The notes under the pieces: model-generated
Database searches by the model: none
What the model saw: only the letters and a program-made list of their open reading frames with translations
Told to the model about the DNA's origin: nothing
Program-made: the position numbers and the translations under genes
Assembly: GCA_045130875.1 (NCBI GenBank)
Contig: JBGUQI010000019.1
Coordinates: 419-64,418 of the forward strand
Origin: Bacilli bacterium
GTDB lineage: Bacteria; Bacillota_I; Bacilli_A; RFN20; CAG-826
DNA length: 64,000 nt
Direction: 5' to 3'
Part shown: positions 58,289-64,000 of the stretch, one piece after another
How positions within the stretch are numbered: position 1 is the first letter of the stretch
How the letters are laid out: every line of letters begins with the position of its first letter

Positions 58289-60115
58289 TTATTCAGCTGG
58301 GAATAAATCAGATTCGGAAACTGGTAAGGCATTTCCGCCACCAATTGCGCTAAAGGTAATTTGTTGTCCGAAGTAACCGGCAGAACCAGCTCTCATGAAC
58401 CAAATGTATGTGATGTAATTAGCACCAACAATAGCGTATGTGGTGATGTAATCAAGATAATCACCATCGAAGGCATAATCTAATGAAGATTCAATATATT
58501 GTCCGTTAGAAGATTGTCTGACTAATGATGGGAATAAAGCGGCAGAAGAATCTTGATCTAATTCAAAGAGGACAGTAGTTTCATCGATTTCTTGTTTGCT
58601 AGCAACTACGAAATCTTCATCTGGAACAAGACCAGCAGCGACATATCTGTCTAAGTCTTCCCATAAGGATGTGGCACCAGTAACGGCTGAGGTTTCATAT
58701 CCATCAGCTGTTGAAGAGAATTGATAGACACCACCATCATGGTTGATAGCACCACCAATTTCTGGATCGGCAGCAACTGGGGTTTCAAGAACTTCATGTG
58801 TTTCACCATCAAAGTGATATGTTTGTTGGAAGTTATAGTAGAAACCATCAGCGGTAACGACTCTGGTTTCGACTGCATCTGGGAATGAATCTTCCCAACT
58901 GTAAGCATAAGCACCAGTTAATCCTTGGATACCTGCAACATAATCAACAAATTGAAGTGTTGAACGATTGATCCAACCATTTTGAATAGTGACTTGATAA
59001 TTCTTTTGAGTTGCAGCAGAAGTAATCATAGTTGTGTATTCATCAAATTCAACGGCTGCTGGGAAGTTACCTTCATCAATGTAATCTCTGATAACTTGAA
59101 TTTCAGGGACATCTTCACCAACGAGTAAGTAACCTTCTGTAATGGTGTAAACTCTATTATTCATTGAGAAGTTCAATGCGACTGCAAAGGTTTCTAAACC
59201 ACCTTCGAGTTCGATTTTTCTAAAGGTAATTGGGGCATATTCACCATCGTAATAGTCCACATAAGTACCGATGGAAGTATCAAAGATAGCGACACCATAT
59301 AAATCGAGGAAGTTATCTAAGACACCGCTCCAACCACTTGGTAATGGGATGGCGTCGACATCGAGTTCGAACCATTCTTCACCGGTTTCTTCATCTTGGA
59401 CATATTCTAATGCTGTGACATCGAGAGCGATATCAACGGCGAATGTCCAGTGTGAGAAATCAGATTGAACGCCTGGTAAAACTTCAAAGTTTGTACCTTC
59501 CATATCATCCATAAGGAATTCATAGGTCTTGCCGTTTTCGGCTTTGAGCATTCCGCCAGGACCCCAACCGGTATCATGTTCCATAGCTTTGGCACCGGCA
59601 TAGTAATCTTCATGGTGAATGGATAAATCACCTAATGTGATACCAGTAGCTGTTTCTTCGAATTCTTGAGCGGCATAGCAACCAGTTGTGGCATCTAAGA
59701 GTTCTTTTAATTCAGCTCTTAAGGCACTCATGGCAACAGATTCAAATTTAGCGGTTAATGCACCGGCAGAAATCTTTAAACTGAATTCGCCTTCTTTAAG
59801 AGGTGTAGCCTTGTGGCCATCAACTTCAACCATTTCAGCAGAAGCTGTTGGAACAGAAACTTCGTACACTTTTGGGCCTTCGCCACCTTCGATGGTAATG
59901 TAATCATCTAAATCAATTTCTTCACCAACAACAACTGTGGATGGGACATCAGTAACTCTAATAAGACTAACTGGTTCGATTTCAGATCCAGATGATTCAG
60001 ATTCTCCACCACTTTCTTGTTGACTTTCGCTCGCTGGTTTTGGGCCAAATTGGCAACCTGTTAAACCGAGAGAGAAGATAAGAGCGGTTGAGAGTAAGAG
60101 TTTTTTCAAATTCAT
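58289..60115 (-). CDS. Hypothetical acidic lipoprotein (N-terminal Ig-like domain)
   Basis: SD aaaggag before ATG 60115, lipobox LTG-C, S/E tether and a beta-rich VVVGEEIDLDDYI segment. Confidence 0.75.
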   Translation of the reverse strand: MNLKKLLLSTALIFSLGLTGCQFGPKPASESQQESGGESESSGSEIEPVSLIRVTDVPSTVVVGEEIDLDDYITIEGGEGPKVYEVSVPTASAEMVEVDGHKATPLKEGEFSLKISAGALTAKFESVAMSALRAELKELLDATTGCYAAQEFEETATGITLGDLSIHHEDYYAGAKAMEHDTGWGPGGMLKAENGKTYEFLMDDMEGTNFEVLPGVQSDFSHWTFAVDIALDVTALEYVQDEETGEEWFELDVDAIPLPSGWSGVLDNFLDLYGVAIFDTSIGTYVDYYDGEYAPITFRKIELEGGLETFAVALNFSMNNRVYTITEGYLLVGEDVPEIQVIRDYIDEGNFPAAVEFDEYTTMITSAATQKNYQVTIQNGWINRSTLQFVDYVAGIQGLTGAYAYSWEDSFPDAVETRVVTADGFYYNFQQTYHFDGETHEVLETPVAADPEIGGAINHDGGVYQFSSTADGYETSAVTGATSLWEDLDRYVAAGLVPDEDFVVASKQEIDETTVLFELDQDSSAALFPSLVRQSSNGQYIESSLDYAFDGDYLDYITTYAIVGANYITYIWFMRAGSAGYFGQQITFSAIGGGNALPVSESDLFPAE

Positions 60116-60178
60116 ATCTTTTTCTCCTTTCTTTAACGAGCCATAGTACATGTGCTCGTAAGGTATGATTTGCTTATT

Positions 60179-60207
60179 AAGATACTACTATATATAAGTC
60201 TTGTAAA
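60179..60207 (-). promoter_or_regulatory. Sigma-A promoter for lipoprotein gene
   Basis: TTTACA(60207-60202)-N17-TATCTT(60184-60179). Confidence 0.5.
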
Positions 60208-60313
60208 GTTTTTTATAGATAATTTGTGTCTAACGCCGTATTTTGAATATAAAAATACCGAATTAAAAAAACAGACCAAACGACCTGTTCTTTTTAAACA
60301 ATGCGTATATTAT

Positions 60314-60943
60314 TTATTTGGAATTAATATAATCTACGATTAATTTAGCGAATAAGAGATGTCCCTTATCGTTGGGATGTAGTCCATCTTGATATAACTC
60401 AGCGGGGAGATTATCCTTCGGCATGCCAAATATCTCTTGAAAATCCAATACTTCTAATCCATATTCTTCACTGACTTTTCTCAAGACTTTGAGATAATCT
60501 TCATATTTCTTTCCCTTGCACATCGGTTGAGTATATTTAGGATTCTCATCAATACTATGTAATGGAAGGATGATTTTAATTTTCTTCTTATCGTACTTTT
60601 CTAATAATGTTTCACATAAATTATGAAAACCGCCATTAAAGGAATATGGATCATGGTCATCTTTACCATATACTGGAGCGTCACCATGACCAAAGTCATT
60701 GACTCCACCCATGACAAAGACATAATCAGCATCATTATTCATTCCATGGGCTCTAATTTGATAATCTAAATAGTCCCAGTTTGTTTCTTTATGGAATTGC
60801 TTAGCGATTCTTGTCCCAGAAACACCATAATTACGAGATACGCAGTTGAGCATCGAACCCACTAGTTCCACAAAACAATTCTCTGGTTTAGTGGCGCATG
60901 CGCCTTCGGTGATGGAATCGCCTAAAAAGTTAATCTTTAGCAT
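60314..60943 (-). CDS. SGNH/GDSL hydrolase (esterase)
   Basis: FLGDSITEG, GVSG, GGVND and DGLHPN blocks. SD ggag before ATG 60943. Confidence 0.92.
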   Translation of the reverse strand: MLKINFLGDSITEGACATKPENCFVELVGSMLNCVSRNYGVSGTRIAKQFHKETNWDYLDYQIRAHGMNNDADYVFVMGGVNDFGHGDAPVYGKDDHDPYSFNGGFHNLCETLLEKYDKKKIKIILPLHSIDENPKYTQPMCKGKKYEDYLKVLRKVSEEYGLEVLDFQEIFGMPKDNLPAELYQDGLHPNDKGHLLFAKLIVDYINSK

Positions 60944-60945
60944 AA

Positions 60946-61680
60946 TTATTTCTCCAACCATTCTATGGTTTTCTTAACATATGGATATAATCCATCATTG
61001 TCTTTAATGGATGAACCCACACAATGGGAACCCTCCAATAAAATATAATCTAATTGTAAGGATGGATTAAAGTTTTTCACCGCTTTAATCATTAATTGAT
61101 TTTGTTCATATCGATTGGGCATATCATTCGTATATAAAATGAATAATGCTTTCGATAATATAACATCTTTATCGACATAATATAGAGGGGCCAATTCATC
61201 AATTCTCTGAAGTAACGGATCCAAGCCTTTTTCAAACTTCAATAAATTAAAGTGTGATGTCGGTTGTCCACTTTCAAATATCCATCCAGAAATATCTAAT
61301 GGTTTGATATTATGTTTTCCTAATAACTCTTGATTAAAGCAGAGCATCAAAGCGATATACGCTCCCGCACTAGTGCCGGAGATATATATCTTTTGATGAG
61401 GAAATTTCTCTTTTACATATTTAACCGCTAAAGCGGCTTCTATTAAGAAGGAAGGAAATTTAGTGTTTGGATATAAAGAATAGTCGACATTGACAAAGGT
61501 ATATCCAAAATTAGCAAAAGACTCCGCTATTTGGACAACGTGGGGGTCATATTTATCTCCCTCCACAAAACCACCACCATGGAAATAGATGATGACACCT
61601 TTTTCCTTCTCGGCAAAATAGATATCTAATTTATCTAGTGGTGATATATCGCTGTAGCGGATATCTTTTTCAGTTTTCAT
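60946..61680 (-). CDS. Alpha/beta hydrolase (HSL-like esterase)
   Basis: LDIY, YFHGGGF, VDYSL, nucleophile elbow GTSAG, and downstream D and H (EGSH). Confidence 0.9.
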   Translation of the reverse strand: MKTEKDIRYSDISPLDKLDIYFAEKEKGVIIYFHGGGFVEGDKYDPHVVQIAESFANFGYTFVNVDYSLYPNTKFPSFLIEAALAVKYVKEKFPHQKIYISGTSAGAYIALMLCFNQELLGKHNIKPLDISGWIFESGQPTSHFNLLKFEKGLDPLLQRIDELAPLYYVDKDVILSKALFILYTNDMPNRYEQNQLMIKAVKNFNPSLQLDYILLEGSHCVGSSIKDNDGLYPYVKKTIEWLEK

Positions 61681-63482
61681 TATTTACGGATATTTTTATA
61701 CATTGGACCATAGGCCTCACAAGCTCTATAGTCTTGTCCTTCTTTATCCATTCCGAAGGCACTCCATGCTGATGGACGATAGATCTTATCTTCATCGACG
61801 TTATGCATGCACACTGGAATTCTTAAAATAGAACATAAAGTGATTAAATCAGCACCGATATGACCATAGCTAATGGCACCATGGTTAGCGCCCCAGTTAT
61901 TCATCACATCATAAGCGGATTTAAATGGAGCCTTATCAGTAACACGTGGTGTGAACCAAGTACATGGCCATGTATAGTCAGTTCTCTTCCATAATTTATC
62001 AGTCACTTCATCAGGTAATTGAACAGTCCAGCCTTCGACGATTTGTAAAACTGGTCCTAAACCTTTGATTAGATTTAATCTAATCATTGTCGCAGGCATT
62101 TCTGTTCTAGTGACAAATCTAGAGGAATATCCACCACCTCTAAAGTAACCTAAATCAGCATATGGCCAAGTGGTATGATCCATCATCGTCTTAATATCTT
62201 TTTCAGTGACATCCCACCACTGTTTCATCACTGGTTTTCCGTCTTTATCTTTGACTTCACCACAAGCATCAACACAGCAGGCACCAGAGTTGATTAAATG
62301 GATAAAACCATCAGCCTCTTTAGCGTGGCCTTTAATTTCATAACCGGTCACTCTCTTCACTGCATTACCAGACCAATAGGTTCTCACATCAGCGAACATC
62401 TGTGCTCTACCAGTTAATAATTTCATGAATAACATACTGGTTGCATTTAGTGTATCGTTTTCCGTGCCTAAGATATATGGTTCTCTCGCTCCATTCCAGT
62501 CGAATGAAGAATTGAGGATAGATTCTGGGAAGTCACAGTTTGGATAGAAGTCTGTCCATTGTCTTTGACCTTGGAAACCACCGACAATCGCGTTATGGCC
62601 AACTTGTTCTTCTTCCCAGCCTTTTAAGTTCTTATTACCATTGAATAAATCTTTGATAATGCAAGCCATTTTAACAGTAAATTCCCAGTCTTTTTCTTTT
62701 TCTTCAGGGGATTTTTGCATTTCTTTTGGATTTTTATCAAAGTCTGGACGGCAATATTTCTTCACCCACGCAAGAGCCTTTTCATATTCTTCTAAATCGT
62801 AGATACCTTGGTCCATACGACGGATGATTTCCACTTCATCAACGGACTCCACTCTCATGCCTAAATATTCTTCGAAGAATTCAGGAGAGATGATGGAACC
62901 ACCAATACCCATGGTGACAGAACCGATTTGTAAATATGATTTGCCTCTCATTGTAGCAGCAGCAACCGCGGCTCTAGCAAAGCGTAGCATCTTTTCTTTA
63001 ACGTCTTCTGGAATCTCGGTATCATCAGCATCTTGAACTTCATGACCATAAATACCAAAAGCGAGTAATCCTTTTTGGTTGTGTGTCGCTAAAACACTAG
63101 CGAGATAAACCGCACCAGGTCTTTCGGTACCATTGAATCCCCAAACCGCTTTAATGGTCATGGGATCCATATCCATGGTTTCCGCACCATAACACCAACA
63201 AGGTGTTACTGTTAAGGTAATATCCACGCCTGCTTTTTTAAATTTATCTGCACAAGCAGCAGCTTCCGCTACTCTACCGATGGTAGTATCAGCAATGATA
63301 ACCTTTACTGATTCACCATTAGAATAACGAATATTTTCTTCTAGTAATTTCTTTGCGGCTTTCGCCATGTTCATCGTTTGGTCTTCTAAAGATTCTCTGA
63401 CTTTAATCTTTCCTCTACGACCATCGATTGTGGGTCTGATTCCGATTACTGGATAGTCTCCAATAAGTCTACTTTTTGCCAT
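61680..63482 (-). CDS. fucI: L-fucose/D-arabinose isomerase
   Basis: [58 protein letters not shown] and WGANHG. Confidence 0.97.
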   Translation of the reverse strand: MAKSRLIGDYPVIGIRPTIDGRRGKIKVRESLEDQTMNMAKAAKKLLEENIRYSNGESVKVIIADTTIGRVAEAAACADKFKKAGVDITLTVTPCWCYGAETMDMDPMTIKAVWGFNGTERPGAVYLASVLATHNQKGLLAFGIYGHEVQDADDTEIPEDVKEKMLRFARAAVAAATMRGKSYLQIGSVTMGIGGSIISPEFFEEYLGMRVESVDEVEIIRRMDQGIYDLEEYEKALAWVKKYCRPDFDKNPKEMQKSPEEKEKDWEFTVKMACIIKDLFNGNKNLKGWEEEQVGHNAIVGGFQGQRQWTDFYPNCDFPESILNSSFDWNGAREPYILGTENDTLNATSMLFMKLLTGRAQMFADVRTYWSGNAVKRVTGYEIKGHAKEADGFIHLINSGACCVDACGEVKDKDGKPVMKQWWDVTEKDIKTMMDHTTWPYADLGYFRGGGYSSRFVTRTEMPATMIRLNLIKGLGPVLQIVEGWTVQLPDEVTDKLWKRTDYTWPCTWFTPRVTDKAPFKSAYDVMNNWGANHGAISYGHIGADLITLCSILRIPVCMHNVDEDKIYRPSAWSAFGMDKEGQDYRACEAYGPMYKNIRK

Positions 63483-63483
63483 A

Positions 63484-63518
63484 ATTGTACCTCTATGTAA
63501 TTAGTTACTTTTATTTTA
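63484..63518 (-). promoter_or_regulatory. Promoter -10 and conserved leader motif shared with ROK-rha operon
   Basis: TAAAAT overlapping aataaaag-ta-actaattacata-gagg-t-acaat. Contains the near-palindrome GTAA-N4-TTAC. Confidence 0.6.
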
Positions 63519-63623
63519 CTACAAATAAAAAATGATTAATTACTTTTTTGGTGGTTTTTCCATTTATTGCTATAAATAGTATATAAATGGCTATAATGAT
63601 TATATTGATAGGAGTTTATACTT

Positions 63624-64000
63624 ATGAAAGTTTTAGTGCTCAATGGCTCGCCAAAGAAAGTATCCGACACAATGGTGTTAACTAATTCCTTTTTAAAGGG
63701 ATTAAATAAAGATAATGAATTTGATATCCATATCATCAATCTCATAGAAAAGAATATAAAGCCTTGTTTAGGATGTTTTAAATGTTGGAAAAATGATGAT
63801 GGTAAATGTATTCAAGAAGATGATCAAAACGAAATCATGGAAGAATATGCTCAGGCCGATATCGTCATCTACTCCTTCCCTTTATATTCATATGCTATGC
63901 CATCACACATGAAAGCTTTCGTGGATAGATTAATTCCTTTTAACAAGATGATTATGAAAGATATCAACGGTCATATCGTTCATGTCCCTCGTGTGGATTT
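63624..64000 (+). CDS. Flavodoxin-family / iron-sulfur flavoprotein (partial, runs off window end)
   Basis: Not in the ORF track. Manual translation MKVLVLNGSPKK...IKPCLGCFKCW...KCIQEDD...ADIVIYSFPLY...MKAFVDR. SD aggag. Confidence 0.9.
   Translation, partial: MKVLVLNGSPKKVSDTMVLTNSFLKGLNKDNEFDIHIINLIEKNIKPCLGCFKCWKNDDGKCIQEDDQNEIMEEYAQADIVIYSFPLYSYAMPSHMKAFVDRLIPFNKMIMKDINGHIVHVPRVD

Noticed and set aside
60152-60343. 63-aa plus-strand ORF
   Set aside because: It spans the promoter/terminator region between two minus-strand genes and has no coding signals.
63536-63745. 69-aa minus-strand ORF
   Set aside because: It is antisense to the clear flavodoxin-family gene starting at 63624.
1-64000. 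CRISPR arrays, tRNA/rRNA, IS elements, prophage, riboswitches, genetic code 4
   Set aside because: No regularly spaced repeats, no transposase/integrase/phage motifs, and intergenic gaps are short with no recognisable RNA motif. TGA terminates complete genes and Trp is TGG. This was a by-eye assessment only.

Overview
A low-GC, gene-dense bacterial chromosomal segment read with the standard code (TGA is used as a stop, e.g. at 11092, 18991 and 31853). The many lipoproteins with Ser/Glu-rich tethers, M6 metalloproteases and Opp ATPases with large insertions suggest a reduced-genome gut or rumen Bacilli lineage (RFN20/RF39/Acholeplasmatales-like; inference). No rRNA, tRNA, CRISPR, IS/phage gene or recognisable transcription factor was seen. 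From left to right: aquaporin (partial), an unlisted 45-aa rubredoxin, a DUF3810-like protein, nucleoside hydrolase, a YwaF/TMEM164-like protein, a MacB-type ABC fusion, two orphan lipoproteins, small housekeeping enzymes, a flavin-reductase/PCP_red-like fusion, a CASTOR/POLLUX-like channel and glyA. Next is a ~27 kb carbohydrate region: GH13, GH36, two GH2, a second YwaF/TMEM164-like protein, an MGDG-synthase-like GT-B protein, MelB-like and other MFS transporters, galK, galM, a GmhA-like isomerase, a NUDIX-NahK-like fusion, a CBM9-like protein, manA, rhaA, rhaB, a GH106-like protein and a ROK kinase. Then come oppABCDF-DUF3899-M6 protease, a second M6 protease, a lipoprotein, fucI with two esterases and a partial flavodoxin-family gene. 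Best candidates for something new: (1) a putative glycolipid (galactolipid) salvage/remodelling module, with cytoplasmic glycosidases carrying hydrophobic/basic loops, a TMEM164-like acyltransferase, an MGDG-synthase-like protein, a MelB/MFSD2-family transporter and galK/galM without galT; (2) a near-identical 5' leader shared by the rha and fuc operons 19 kb apart; (3) the NUDIX-HexNAc kinase fusion and a catabolic-context GmhA, suggesting scavenging of bacterial surface glycans; (4) recurrent leaderless promoters. All family calls come from motif recognition, not database searches.
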